Of a stretch of 64,000 nucleotides of DNA, positions 10,901-20,422 are shown one piece after another. The stretch spans positions 1,448-65,447 of the forward strand of contig JAEUQN010000012.1 in NCBI GenBank assembly GCA_016789725.1. Reading direction: 5' to 3'. The stretch is from Blastocatellia bacterium (GTDB taxonomy: Bacteria; Acidobacteriota; Blastocatellia; RBC074). Each line of letters opens with the position of its first letter. The first letter of the stretch is position 1. The notes beneath the pieces were generated by a model. That model was not told where the DNA came from and did not search any database. It was given only the letters and a program-made list of their open reading frames with translations. A program made the translations under genes and the position numbers.

Positions 10901-11321
10901 GAATCAAGCGATCAAGCTGCAACAGGCATTTTTCCCCGGCGGACAACAACCAAAGGTCAACTATTCACTGTCGGTAAAACCACCACCGACCAAGAAAGTC
11001 GAAGTGAAAGCCGACGGCGTCACTGTCACGGCTGACGGCTCGGTTTCCAACGGCAGTTTGTCGTGGCCGCAGACGAGCGGTGAAAATGGCATCAAGGTAA
11101 TGGTGTCGAGCAAAGATGCTGCCGTCGCCGTTGGACAAACTGCGGTGCCGGGAGCGACTGAAGCTGCGAATCATCCCGGTTTGTGGGGCGTGTTTCGGAT
11201 GACAGCGGGGAATAAATATCAATTCACATGGGGCGATGTCAGCGCGACATTGCAACCGCCTGCGAATAATCCATTCGCGCTAAATTTCACCGCGCTGCGT
11301 GCGCCGGATAGTTTTAAGTAG
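7947..11321 (+). CDS. tssM: T6SS membrane subunit TssM (IcmF)
   Basis: Two N-terminal TM helices, LYGLPWYVLAGPPSSGKT (Walker A), LIDTAGRY, RFPVYLVFTHAD..GF.EFF, QVWG, LLRGFYFTS, third TM helix, RYPF, FFNPADG. The C-terminal beta region appears short. Confidence 0.95.
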   Translation: MPALSLKKLIIFCVLITLTGIALLMVLLFSDEIGITQILLIALILLCWPIGFLLNYLLKNRQAKADGVPAEAAPKTSKELTPSRDYEELSRSAEEAAQFLRSSNLGNREVSDALYGLPWYVLAGPPSSGKTSLALSAGLSFNALSSQRRSDQNLVRATRDCEWRVSDNGVLIDTAGRYFTEGPDRDEWLGLIETLKKTRKNRALDGFVLTVNAANVFNAKEAEIEQQAQVLRARIDEVIKSTGVRFPVYLVFTHADAIPGFSEFFAALPPNERAQVWGATIPLEQAQNAHALFDVEFDYLLDSLMKRRLLQLGSATTPAQQYGTFSFPLRFADTRRKLGLFTLALFRPNPFSELPLLRGFYFTSNPQGQDGRINNTGIYSEDLFKQVIFRDKDIAASFQSQKAAPNQLAKVKLAIGTLAAACLLWVGGSVASFFNNYSLLSEAQDHAKRVLDHYEAGRGKDKVETTAVELENLDKLRVTLQKIDDNDRSFFGSLAYRFGLYSGGKVRTRTRQVYFDFVSQRFLNPAITALENDLANVTPAGEGDKLEAMQDDYYYKLQAYLMPEKQDRVDPKFLEEKLSQYWKEKPSDRGRMESLAFYSEQAALSDDDDETVPRPLAKLEAVQSARGKLKSYSPTKRVYNEVMRKINKLGLAVDLAKVLEGQEGTELLEESEPHPVPYAFTKQAYYKHVTGDAMASVKEDLSGKDDWVMGEKSAAQGINVEQLRDRYSTEYAAHWQKFLNGIRVRSFKDKNAAIDALGTLAQENSPLKKVVAYVASETKLSEPPQDGGALAWLKGLLASKAGITDPKVETSFAPLHKFVAGDQPPVSRYLSKLAEVREQLRSAPGTSWDELAKVPNENKAWNKPANEVNDLIKQMDLSPGSKAASEFLARPLANIGAGQKAGEAKNLEEAWRNLVQSARKLESRYPFSNSTTDVQLNEFVQFFNPADGEVSKLVKNFLSDKVEGEPGQLKSKNAAEFSDAAVAYLNQAIKLQQAFFPGGQQPKVNYSLSVKPPPTKKVEVKADGVTVTADGSVSNGSLSWPQTSGENGIKVMVSSKDAAVAVGQTAVPGATEAANHPGLWGVFRMTAGNKYQFTWGDVSATLQPPANNPFALNFTALRAPDSFK

Positions 11322-11325
11322 TGAC

Positions 11326-11383
11326 GTGCAGAGTTCACGCTTCAGCGTGTAGATTCAGGCAGGCTGAAGCGTGAATTCTGAAC
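11326..11383. repeat. REP-like inverted doublet
   Basis: GTGCAGAGTTCACGCTTCAGCGTG and CAGGCTGAAGCGTGAATTCTGAAC are 21/24 reverse complements; internal palindrome CACGCT-TC-AGCGTG. Confidence 0.75.
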
Positions 11384-11465
11384 CCAAATGAAAAATTATT
11401 TTTCACCGATGCCACTTTTGGACAAACAGCAACGCTTTTCCAAGTGAGAGCAAAAAGAGAACGAT

Positions 11466-12290
11466 ATGGCAACTGCAAAAGAACTTTTTCGATCTGGCGA
11501 ACTCGCTGCGGCCATCACGCAGCTCATCAGCGAGGTCAAGGCACGACCGACCGATACCTCCGCCCGCATCTTTCTCTTTGAACTGCTCTGCTTCGCGGGT
11601 GAATTGGATCGTGCCGAGCGGCAATTGGATGTGATTGCGACACAGGGCGCGCAAACCGAACTCGGAGTGCTGGCCTATCGCAATTGCCTCAAAGCCGAAC
11701 GCGAACGTCGCAAGCTCTGGGCTGAAGGTGGCGAGCCGCATTTTATGGCGGACCCGCCCGCGTATGTGGATTTGCATTTGGGTGCCATTCATCAGGCGCG
11801 TGAGGGGAAGTTCGCTGAAGCGCGGGCGCTGTTGGATCAAGCGGAAGAGCAACGCCCCGCGATGCCGGGCAATGCGGATGGCGCGGAATTTTATGACCTG
11901 CGTGATGCCGATGATTTTGTCGCGCCAGTGTTGGAAGTGGCGATCAAAGATCAATACGCGTGGATTCCGTTTGAGCAGGTACGGCGGCTGCAAATTGGCA
12001 AGCCCGAACAGTTGCGCGATTTGCTGTTCACGCCAGTGCGTATCGAATTGGTAGATGGCACGCAAGGTCAGTTCTTTATGCTCGCTTTGTACGCCAGCAC
12101 GTATGAGGCCGCCAATGAGCAGGTCAAGCTGGGACGCGCCACCGAATGGTCGGCCTACAGCGATGATCTTGCAGGTGGCACGGGCGCACGCCTGTGGATG
12201 ATTGGCGACGATGACAAACTAATCTTTGATGTTGAATCAGTCGAGTTGCACGCTGCGGCTGAGAGCGAAGAAAACGAAGTAGCAAACTAA
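11466..12290 (+). CDS. tagJ: T6SS accessory protein TagJ (ImpE/SciE family)
   Basis: VKARPTD..ARIFLFELLCFAGELDRAERQL, DLRDADD..APVLE, YAWIPF, P..LRDLLF, KLGRATEW. Confidence 0.93.
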   Translation: MATAKELFRSGELAAAITQLISEVKARPTDTSARIFLFELLCFAGELDRAERQLDVIATQGAQTELGVLAYRNCLKAERERRKLWAEGGEPHFMADPPAYVDLHLGAIHQAREGKFAEARALLDQAEEQRPAMPGNADGAEFYDLRDADDFVAPVLEVAIKDQYAWIPFEQVRRLQIGKPEQLRDLLFTPVRIELVDGTQGQFFMLALYASTYEAANEQVKLGRATEWSAYSDDLAGGTGARLWMIGDDDKLIFDVESVELHAAAESEENEVAN

Positions 12291-12301
12291 GCGGGGGATT
12301 G

Positions 12302-13465
12302 ATGTCTGACACCACTTCTGTGATTGACCTGGAAGCTTTATTAACGCCGATTGATGGCGATAACCCATCGGGCGATTCGCTGCGCTACGAGGGGACCTAC
12401 GATCAAATTAAGGAAGCGCGCCGCGAGGATGAGGTCCTGGCGCAGGGCGATTGGTCACGCGATTTGAAAGTTGCCGATTGGCCGCTGGTCATCAAGCTGG
12501 CAACCAATGCGCTGACATCGAAAACCAAAGATTTGCAGATTGCTGTCTGGTTAACGGAAGGCATCGTCAAACACGACCGACATGACCGCTGGATTGCCTT
12601 GCGCGATGGCTTGAATTTGTTGCGCGGTTTGCACGAAAACTTTTGGGACACGATTTATCCCGAAATTGATCCTGAGGATGATGATGGCCCGCTGGCCTCT
12701 CGTGCCAATGTGCTGGCCGCATTTGATGCGCGGTTGGCAGGCGTTATCAAAGAGTTGCCACTGACGGCGGGACAGAAATATTCGTTCCTGCAATATCTTG
12801 AATCCAAGCAATTCGATATTCCTGAAAACATCGAAGCTTTGGAGTATGACCAGCAGGAAAAATTCAAGGCGCTCAAGCAGCAGGCCGAGGCGGAGCGGAA
12901 AGTCACCGGCGACGATTGGCGAAAGGCCAAGGCCGCCACGAACCGCGATTTTATCGAAGCGCGCTACGCCCTCATCAATGAATGCTGGGATGCTTTCAAA
13001 TCGCTTGATGCTGAGATGGACGCCAAGTTCGCACGCGAAACGCCGGGCCTGGGCGAATTTAAAAAGTCATTGGATGAAATCCGCACGCTCGTAGATTTAT
13101 TCGTCAAAGAGAAGCAAAAGGCCGAACCACGGGGCGATGAGGCGGGCGGCGATGAAAGCGGTGAGAGTGGCGAAGGCGAATCGTTGACGACCAGTACGGG
13201 CAACAGTGGCGGCGGGTTTGCCGTTTCTCAAGGGGCAATTCGTTCGCGGCAGGAAGCCCTTAATCGGCTTTCGGAAATCGCCAACTTTTTCCGGCAAACT
13301 GAGCCGCACAGCCCTGTTTCGTATGCTGTCGAACGCGCTGTCAAATGGGGCAATATGCCGCTGGAGGCCTGGTTGGCGGATGTGCTGAAAGATGGTACAG
13401 CGCTCGAATCCATGCGCGAAGTTTTAGGGTTCAATACCGGTAACAACAGTAGTGATAGCTATTGA
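12302..13465 (+). CDS. tssA: T6SS TssA (ImpA N-terminal domain, short form)
   Basis: LLTPIDGDNPSGDSLRY...YDQIKEAR, ADW, TKDLQIAVWL, IRSRQEAL..L.EIA.FF..TEPHSPVSY (EPxxP). Confidence 0.94.
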   Translation: MSDTTSVIDLEALLTPIDGDNPSGDSLRYEGTYDQIKEARREDEVLAQGDWSRDLKVADWPLVIKLATNALTSKTKDLQIAVWLTEGIVKHDRHDRWIALRDGLNLLRGLHENFWDTIYPEIDPEDDDGPLASRANVLAAFDARLAGVIKELPLTAGQKYSFLQYLESKQFDIPENIEALEYDQQEKFKALKQQAEAERKVTGDDWRKAKAATNRDFIEARYALINECWDAFKSLDAEMDAKFARETPGLGEFKKSLDEIRTLVDLFVKEKQKAEPRGDEAGGDESGESGEGESLTTSTGNSGGGFAVSQGAIRSRQEALNRLSEIANFFRQTEPHSPVSYAVERAVKWGNMPLEAWLADVLKDGTALESMREVLGFNTGNNSSDSY

Positions 13466-13554
13466 GAAATAGTTTCTAAATCGTCGGTGCGCCTGCGCTT
13501 TTGCAGGCAGCCAAAGCGAGACGCGGACGCACCCATTTTCCTAGGAGAATCGTT

Positions 13555-14067
13555 ATGGCAAAAAGAGAAAGTATCCAACAGAAAATCAGCCGGATTCGCC
13601 CTCCGCGAGTTCACATCAGTTATGAAGTTGAAACGGGCGGCGCAATCGAGATGAAAGAGCTTCCGTTTGTGATCGGTGTGCTGGGCGATTTTTCCGGCAA
13701 ACCGGTTGACCCGCTGCCGCGTGTCCGCGACCGTAAGTTCGTCGAAATTGATCGGGACAATTTTGATGGCGTCCTGGCCGGAATGAAACCGCGCTTGCAA
13801 ATGGGCGTCGAGAACAAACTCAACGACAATGGCGGCAAACTCGCCGTTGAATTGAACTTCCGCAGCATGGAAGATTTCGAGCCAGATCAGGTTGTGCAAC
13901 AAGTTGAACCGTTGCGTCGTTTGGTTGAGGCCCGCCGCAATCTTTCCGATCTGTTAGCCAAAATGGATGGCAACGACAAACTCGGCGAATTGCTGGAAGA
14001 CGTGCTGAACAATGCTGACGCGCAGAAACAGCTTGGCGATGCGTTGGGTGTCAAGAAGGAAGACTAA
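13555..14067 (+). CDS. tssB: T6SS contractile sheath small subunit TssB
   Basis: RIRPPRVHISYEVETGGA..MKELPFVIGVLGDFSG, F.SMEDFEPDQV; AGGAG RBS before ATG 13555. Confidence 0.97.
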   Translation: MAKRESIQQKISRIRPPRVHISYEVETGGAIEMKELPFVIGVLGDFSGKPVDPLPRVRDRKFVEIDRDNFDGVLAGMKPRLQMGVENKLNDNGGKLAVELNFRSMEDFEPDQVVQQVEPLRRLVEARRNLSDLLAKMDGNDKLGELLEDVLNNADAQKQLGDALGVKKED

Positions 14068-14073
14068 CCTGAA

Positions 14074-14108
14074 ACCGTGAACAGTTAACAGGGAATCGTT
14101 AACAGTCA
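14074..14108. repeat. Degenerate heptamer tandem repeat between tssB and tssC
   Basis: ACCGTGA ACAGTTA ACAGGGA ATCGTTA ACAGTCA. Confidence 0.6.
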
Positions 14109-14120
14109 AAAGGAGAATCC

Positions 14121-15602
14121 ATGAGCGAGCAAGTAGAAAGACAAGCCCAAACCGTCACCCAGGAAGCCGAAGGCGATTTGCTTGGACAAATCCTGGACAA
14201 GGGAATGCGGGCCAAAAATGAAACCCAGACCGCACGCGCGAAAGACATCATTGCTGAATTTGTGGGGCAGGTGATGGAAGGCCAAATGGTGATGTCCAAA
14301 GATATGGAAACCACCATCAATGCACGCATCGCGGCGATTGATAAAGTGATTTCTGCGCAACTCAATGAAATCATGCACCACGAAGAATTTCAGAAACTCG
14401 AAGGTTCGTGGCGCGGACTCCATCACCTCGTCTTTGAGAGCGAAACCGGCACCGGACTCAAGATCAAGGTGATGAACGTCAACAAAAAAGAATTACTGAA
14501 AGACCTGGAAAAAGCGCCGGAGTTTGATCAATCCGCGCTCTTCAAGAAAGTGTATGAAGAGGAATTCGGCACCTTCGGCGGCGCGCCGTTTGGGGCCTTG
14601 ATTGGCGATTATGAATTCGGCAACCACCCGCAGGACATGATGTTGCTCGAAAAGATTTCGCAAGTCGCAGCGGCGGCGCACGCGCCCTTTGTCTCGGCGG
14701 CGGGCGCGGGGCTGTTTGGTTGGGACGATTTCGCGCAGCTTTCCGAAGTGCGTGATCTGGCGAAAATCTTCGATCAGGTGGAATACGCGAAATGGCGTTC
14801 ATTCCGCGAATCAGAAGACTCGCGCTATGTGGGTTTGACGTTGCCGCACACGCTGATGCGGTTGCCGTATGGCAGCGCCACGGTTCCCACTGAAAGTTTC
14901 AATTTTGAAGAAGATGTGGACGGCACGGATCACAAGAAATATTTGTGGGGCAATGCGGCGTATTCGTTTGGCACGCGCCTGACCGAAGCGTTTGCGATGT
15001 ACAACTGGTGCGTAGCGATTCGCGGCGTCGAAGGCGGCGGCCTGGTGCAGGGCTTACCGACGCATACCTTTGCCACTGACGAAGGCGAAGTCGCGCTGAA
15101 ATGCCCGACCGAAATCGCCATCACAGATCGGCGTGAAAAAGAATTTTCCGACCTCGGTTTCATTCCGCTCGTGCATTGCAAAGGCACCGATTATGCGGCG
15201 TTCTTCGGCGCACAATCGGCCAACAAAGCGGCAAAATATGATACCGAAGCGGCCAATGCCAACGCGCGGCTTTCGACCCAACTGCAATACATCTTTGCGG
15301 TGTCGCGGTTTGCGCATTATCTGAAATCCATGATGCGCGACAAGATCGGCAGTTTCATGTCGCGCACCGAATGCGAAACCTTCCTGAATCGGTGGATTCG
15401 CAATTACGTCACCGAAGACGACACGGCTTCGCAAGCCACCAAAGCCCAATTCCCCTTGCGGGAAGCGCGCGTAGATGTCGTCGAAGTGCCGGGTAAACCG
15501 GGCGTTTACAAAGCCGTCGCTTTCCTGCGACCGCATTTCCAACTGGACGAATTGTCCGTCTCGTTGCGCCTGGTTGCGGAACTCCCCAAATCTGCCAAGT
15601 AA
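14121..15602 (+). CDS. tssC: T6SS contractile sheath large subunit TssC
   Basis: FQKLEGSWRGL, FKKVYEEEFGTFGGAPFG, AAAAHAPF, YLWGNAA, KCPTEIAITDRREKE, FLRPHFQL. Confidence 0.98.
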   Translation: MSEQVERQAQTVTQEAEGDLLGQILDKGMRAKNETQTARAKDIIAEFVGQVMEGQMVMSKDMETTINARIAAIDKVISAQLNEIMHHEEFQKLEGSWRGLHHLVFESETGTGLKIKVMNVNKKELLKDLEKAPEFDQSALFKKVYEEEFGTFGGAPFGALIGDYEFGNHPQDMMLLEKISQVAAAAHAPFVSAAGAGLFGWDDFAQLSEVRDLAKIFDQVEYAKWRSFRESEDSRYVGLTLPHTLMRLPYGSATVPTESFNFEEDVDGTDHKKYLWGNAAYSFGTRLTEAFAMYNWCVAIRGVEGGGLVQGLPTHTFATDEGEVALKCPTEIAITDRREKEFSDLGFIPLVHCKGTDYAAFFGAQSANKAAKYDTEAANANARLSTQLQYIFAVSRFAHYLKSMMRDKIGSFMSRTECETFLNRWIRNYVTEDDTASQATKAQFPLREARVDVVEVPGKPGVYKAVAFLRPHFQLDELSVSLRLVAELPKSAK

Positions 15603-15777
15603 GCGCCTGGCAGAGAACTTTTATTACTCGCAGTGGGCTTGCGATGATTTCAATTCGCTCACTGAACTTTGGTAGTCGCAAACAGAAAAACGCCGATGTC
15701 ACAGCCAGTGTTGCAAGCTCTACCGTGTCCATCCGCGTTTGTCTGTCGTTCTTAACCTTTGAGGAGGTACTTACATT

Positions 15778-16266
15778 ATGGCAGCAGTTGATTATTTTCT
15801 GAAGATTGAAGGGATCCCCGGCGAAAGTCAGGATCACAAACATAAAGACGAAATCCAGATCGAATCCTGGTCCTGGGGCGAAACCCAAGTGGGCAGTCAT
15901 AGTAGTGGTGGTGGTGGCGGCGCAGGCAAAGTTCAGATGCAGGACTTTCATTTCGTGATGAAAGTGAACAAAGCCAGCCCGAAGCTGTTGCTCGCTTGCG
16001 CCAATGGTGAACATATCAAGAGCGCCTCGTTGGTCTGCCGCAAAGCCGGAAAAGAACAGCAGGAATTTCTGAAATATAAGTTTTCGGACATCCTGATTTC
16101 TTCTTACCAGACCGGTGGATCAGGCGGCAGCGATGTGATTCCGATGGATCAGCTCTCGCTCAACTTCACCAAGATCGAAGTGGAATACTATACCCAGAAA
16201 CCCGATGGCGGCGTCGTGTTGGGGGCGAAGGCCGGATATGATCTGAAGCAGAATAAGGCCGTGTAA
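15778..16266 (+). CDS. hcp: T6SS tube protein Hcp (TssD)
   Basis: FLKIEGIPGESQD..HKDEI.I.SWSWG, ASPKLLLACANGEHI, YDLKQNK; GAGGAGG RBS. Confidence 0.98.
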   Translation: MAAVDYFLKIEGIPGESQDHKHKDEIQIESWSWGETQVGSHSSGGGGGAGKVQMQDFHFVMKVNKASPKLLLACANGEHIKSASLVCRKAGKEQQEFLKYKFSDILISSYQTGGSGGSDVIPMDQLSLNFTKIEVEYYTQKPDGGVVLGAKAGYDLKQNKAV

Positions 16267-16449
16267 TGTCTCTGGCAATCGCTATAAAAAGGCGTTGGTC
16301 GTTTGATTGTGCCGGATTGCTTCACTTTGCTGAAGCTCTGGCACAATCGAATGGCTACGCCTCTTTGCATTGCAGGTGTGCTTGAGAAAGTGATCCTGAT
16401 GGGAATTGATTTCAAGAATCCTGAGCGTTAAGTCTGCGAGCATCTTTTG

Positions 16450-16938
16450 ATGAGTAGATTCGATAACGAAATTCGCATTACTTCTTCGGTTCTTGATCGG
16501 CTCATTGACTACGAGCCGGAAGTGAAATCCGAAGCGCCTGCTTCGCGGCAAAAGAGCCTGCGCGATTTGAAAGCGGCGGTCAAACGCGATCTGGAATGGT
16601 TGCTCAATTCGCGGCAAGTGGTCGGCGGTGTGCCGGAGGAATTGAAAGAAACCAGTCATTCGCTGGCGGCGTTCGGGTTGCCGGATTTTACTGGTGTGAG
16701 TTTGAAAAATGTCGCCGAGCAAGCCTTTGTGCGCCGTACTATCGAACGCGCCATTAGTTTATTTGAGCCGCGCCTGGAAGACGTCATGGTGATTTTGATT
16801 CCCGGCAATAACGGTGAACAGGTGATGCGCTTTCGCATTGATGCCCGGCTGAAAATTGAACCTGCACCGGAACCCGTGACGTTCGACACGCTCCTGCAAT
16901 TGGACAACGGGCAATATGTGGTGAAAGAACAGCGGTGA
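16450..16938 (+). CDS. tssE: T6SS baseplate subunit TssE (gp25-like)
   Basis: SVLDRLID, VKRDLEWLLNSR, FGLPD, I..FEPRL, FRIDARL. Confidence 0.95.
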   Translation: MSRFDNEIRITSSVLDRLIDYEPEVKSEAPASRQKSLRDLKAAVKRDLEWLLNSRQVVGGVPEELKETSHSLAAFGLPDFTGVSLKNVAEQAFVRRTIERAISLFEPRLEDVMVILIPGNNGEQVMRFRIDARLKIEPAPEPVTFDTLLQLDNGQYVVKEQR

Positions 16939-16974
16939 TGACAACGGTGATGATGACACACCGGAGTTGAAACT

Positions 16975-18558
16975 ATGACTGAGAACAACCCCTACGATCA
17001 GATTCCTTACACCAGTTATCCGTTCGCGCAAACGCATCCGAATCGGTTGGCGACGTTGGCGAGGCTGCACAGCTTGCAGCCCACGCCCATTACGAACTGC
17101 CGTGTCTTGGAGGTTGGTTGCGGCGATGGCGCAAATCTGATTCCGATGGCATTGATGCTGCCGAACAGCCAGTTTGTGGGATTCGACCTGGCCGCAAAAC
17201 CTGTCCAGCAGGGACAACAAATCATCGCTGATCTTGAACTCACAAACATCAAGCTGCTTCAGGCTGACTTGATGGAGTTTGAGGACGAACCCTTCGATTA
17301 CATCATCACGCACGGTTTGTATGCCTGGGTTCCGCAGGTTGTGCAGGAGGGCTTGATGGCCCTGTGCGAACGATTGCTGACGCCGAACGGTGTTGCCTAC
17401 ATTAGCTACAACGCTTATCCCGGCTGCCACCTGCGCGAGATGACGCGTGAGATGATGCTCTTTCATATTCGTGGCAACGACAACCCGCACGACCGCATGA
17501 ATCAAGGCTTGTCGTTGCTGAAATTTATTCTCAGCCAGTATCCATCAGAGTCAAAAGCGCGCGAAGATTTGTATGGAGCTATCGTGTTTGAGCAATTCGA
17601 TACGCTTGCGCGGCATCGGCATCGGGAACAGGTATATCACGACCACTTGGCCGAGTATTATCGGCCTGCCTATTTCTATCAATTTGCCGCACACGCGGCG
17701 CAGCACGGCATGCAATATCTGGCCGAGGCCACTTTCTCCGACATGCAGGATTATCAATTTCCTCCCTCGGTGCGCGAATTACTGGCCCAGTTTGACGATG
17801 AGCATATCGTTCACCGCGAGCAATATCTGGATTTCCTCAAAGGCCGCTCGTTTCGACAGACCTTGTTATGCCGCGATGATCTCAAAGTGCAACGCGCGAT
17901 CAAGGCTGAACAAATCAAGGCGTTTTATTTCTCTTCCGAGATTGAAACGATGTCGGCGCAACCGGATTTGTCGCCTCACGTGGTCGAGGCCTTTGAAGGC
18001 CCCAAAGGCGCACGGTTGCAAATTGATTTCCCCTTAGCCAAAGCAGCGTTGGTGATTTTGAAAGAATCGTGGCCGCGTCAATTCGATTGGGAAGAGTTGC
18101 AATCCGCAGCGGTCGCGCGCGTGATGGAATTTCAGCGCGAATCTGTCACCGCAGACGAACTGCAAGCTTTGACCGAAATCATGTTTGCCGCTTACGGTTC
18201 CGGCGTGATTCATCTGCATTCGCACCGCCCTGAAATGCAACTCCAGGTCACAACGCATCCGGTGGCGAATCGTCTGGCACGTTGGCAGGCGCAACACGGT
18301 GCAGTTGTGACAAATGTGCTGCACGCCAGTGTGATTCTGGAAAATGAATTGAGCCAGCGACTGTTACAATTGATGGATGGCACGCGCGATCACGATGCGT
18401 TGAGAGCCGATTTGACGACAGCGATGGAAACTCGCCTGCCTCTCAAATTGAACGAAGAAACCACGATTGAGGATCGCGCTGCGTTGCAGAAAATGATTAC
18501 CGAAACGCTCGACGCGAACCTGCAAAGCTGTGCCCGGCTGGCCTTGTTGGTCGGATAA
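16975..18558 (+). CDS. Class I SAM-dependent methyltransferase with methyltransferase-regulatory domain (Rickettsia PKMT-like)
   Basis: YDQIPYTSYPFAQTHP, RVLEVGCGDGANLIPMA, FDYIITHGLYAWVP, NGVAYISYNAYPG, HDHLAEYYRPAYFYQF, REQYLDFL.GRSFRQTLLC. Confidence 0.88.
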   Translation: MTENNPYDQIPYTSYPFAQTHPNRLATLARLHSLQPTPITNCRVLEVGCGDGANLIPMALMLPNSQFVGFDLAAKPVQQGQQIIADLELTNIKLLQADLMEFEDEPFDYIITHGLYAWVPQVVQEGLMALCERLLTPNGVAYISYNAYPGCHLREMTREMMLFHIRGNDNPHDRMNQGLSLLKFILSQYPSESKAREDLYGAIVFEQFDTLARHRHREQVYHDHLAEYYRPAYFYQFAAHAAQHGMQYLAEATFSDMQDYQFPPSVRELLAQFDDEHIVHREQYLDFLKGRSFRQTLLCRDDLKVQRAIKAEQIKAFYFSSEIETMSAQPDLSPHVVEAFEGPKGARLQIDFPLAKAALVILKESWPRQFDWEELQSAAVARVMEFQRESVTADELQALTEIMFAAYGSGVIHLHSHRPEMQLQVTTHPVANRLARWQAQHGAVVTNVLHASVILENELSQRLLQLMDGTRDHDALRADLTTAMETRLPLKLNEETTIEDRAALQKMITETLDANLQSCARLALLVG

Positions 18559-18562
18559 AATT

Positions 18563-20419
18563 ATGCGTGACGAATTATTAGGGTATTACGAACGCGAATT
18601 GATTTTCCTGCGACAAATGGGCGCGGAGTTCGCCGAGAAATATCCAAAGATCGCTGGACGATTGTCGCTTGAACCGGACAAATGCGAAGACCCGCACGTG
18701 GAGCGGATGATCGAAGCGTTTGCCTTTTTGACGAGCCGCGTTCATCTGAAGATTGACGACGAGTTTCCTGAAATTACGGAATCGCTGCTGAATGTCCTCT
18801 ATCCGCATTACCTCGCGCCGATTCCTTCGATGTCTATCGCACAATTTGGCCTGGACCCACAGCAAGGAAAGCTGACGACGGGATACCAAATCGAACGGGG
18901 GACGACGCTTTATTCGCGTCCGGTGCAGGGCACGCCGTGTCGCTTTCGGAGCAGTTATCCCGTGACATTGTGGCCGATTGAAGTCGCTTCTGCCGCGCTC
19001 GAATCGCTTGATCCGGTGGGCGCGCGTGGCAAATGGTCAGACGCCGTTGTCCGCATCAATCTGCGCTGTTTGCACAATACCAAACTCAGCGAATTAAAAA
19101 TCAAAACGGGCGAAACAGAAGTCGGTATTGCGTCGTTGCGCTTTTACCTGAACGGCGAACCACAGCTTGTTTATCCGCTCTATGAATTGATCTTTAACGA
19201 ACAGGCGCACATCACGAAAGTCGAATTGCGCGACAGCAAATCCCGCAAGACGATTGAGTTGCCGCCGAGCGTCATTCAACCGGTTGGTTTTGCTGGCGAT
19301 GAAGCTCTGCTTGAATATTCGCCGCGTTCGTTTCAGGGCTATCGGTTGCTGACGGAATACTTCGCCTTTCCTGACAAGTTTTTATTCTTTGATGTGAACG
19401 GATTGGACCAGGCGGCGCGGGCCGGATTTGGGGAGCAAGTTGAAATTTTGCTATACCTGAAAGATGTCACGCCGCCGCGCGCAAAAGTGGATGCAGGCAC
19501 CTTCCAACTCGGCTGCACTCCGATCATCAATCTCTTCAAAAAAGTTGCCGAGCCGATCCAACTCACCCAACAACAGAACGAATACCACGTCATCCCCGAC
19601 ATTCATCGGCAATCTGTGACCGAAATTGCTTCGATTGATGCGGTGACAACGGTTGATCCGTACTTACAGCAATCGCGCGAATTCCAGCCCTTTTATTCGT
19701 ATCGTCACGCGTATGAGCGCGAACAGCAGGGCGCGTTCTGGTATGCGTCGCGGCGACCTTCTCATCGAATGGAAGATGCTGGAACAGAGATTTATTTATC
19801 GCTGGTGGATTTGAATTTCAGCCCAAAAGTGCCTGCTGTCGAAACGATTACCTGCCACGTTACCTGCACCAATCGGGACCTGCCCGCGCGCTTACCGTTT
19901 GGCGGACGCGAAGGTGATTTTGAGGTCGAAAATGCCGGGCCGCTCGCGCGCGTAAAATGTTTGCGCAAACCGACCGAAACGCTGCGGCCACCGATGCGGC
20001 GCGGCGCGCATTGGCGTTTGATTTCGCATCTGTCGCTCAATCATTTGTCCATTGTCGAGGGCCAGCGCGCTGGAGACCCAGAGGCGTTGCGCGAAATCCT
20101 GATGCTCTATGACTTCATGGATTCATCCGCAACGCGCAAACAGATTTTAGGTCTGAGCAAAATCAACAGTCGTCGTGTTGTCCGTCAAACTGGTTCGCGC
20201 ATCGGAACCGGCTTTGTGCGCGGCATCGAAACCACGATGGAATTTGATGAAACGCAATTCGTTGGCAGTGGCGTGTTTTTGTTCGCGTCGGTGCTGGAAC
20301 GATTTTTAGGTTTGTACGCCTCCGTGAACTCATTTACGCAACTGGTCGCCAAAAGCGAACAGCGTGAAGGAATCTTGAAAAAGTGGAAGCCACGAGCGGG
20401 CGAAATGAGCCTCTTGTAA
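18563..20419 (+). CDS. tssF: T6SS baseplate subunit TssF
   Basis: YYERELIFLRQMGAEFAEKYPKIAGRL, DPHVERMIEAFAFL, GYRLLTEYFAFPDKF, CTPIINLF, WRLISHLSLNHL, YASVNSFTQL. Confidence 0.97.
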   Translation: MRDELLGYYERELIFLRQMGAEFAEKYPKIAGRLSLEPDKCEDPHVERMIEAFAFLTSRVHLKIDDEFPEITESLLNVLYPHYLAPIPSMSIAQFGLDPQQGKLTTGYQIERGTTLYSRPVQGTPCRFRSSYPVTLWPIEVASAALESLDPVGARGKWSDAVVRINLRCLHNTKLSELKIKTGETEVGIASLRFYLNGEPQLVYPLYELIFNEQAHITKVELRDSKSRKTIELPPSVIQPVGFAGDEALLEYSPRSFQGYRLLTEYFAFPDKFLFFDVNGLDQAARAGFGEQVEILLYLKDVTPPRAKVDAGTFQLGCTPIINLFKKVAEPIQLTQQQNEYHVIPDIHRQSVTEIASIDAVTTVDPYLQQSREFQPFYSYRHAYEREQQGAFWYASRRPSHRMEDAGTEIYLSLVDLNFSPKVPAVETITCHVTCTNRDLPARLPFGGREGDFEVENAGPLARVKCLRKPTETLRPPMRRGAHWRLISHLSLNHLSIVEGQRAGDPEALREILMLYDFMDSSATRKQILGLSKINSRRVVRQTGSRIGTGFVRGIETTMEFDETQFVGSGVFLFASVLERFLGLYASVNSFTQLVAKSEQREGILKKWKPRAGEMSLL

Positions 20420-20422
20420 ATG

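Noticed and set aside
15660-15720. Faint resemblance to a c-di-GMP-I riboswitch upstream of hcp (GCAAAC...ACAGCCAGTGTTGC)
   Set aside because: The conserved GNRA loop/receptor and paired stems could not be built by eye; it needs an Infernal scan.
16270-16375. TGGCA/TTGCA motifs suggesting a sigma54 promoter before tssE
   Set aside because: The GG-to-GC spacing does not fit the -24/-12 rule.
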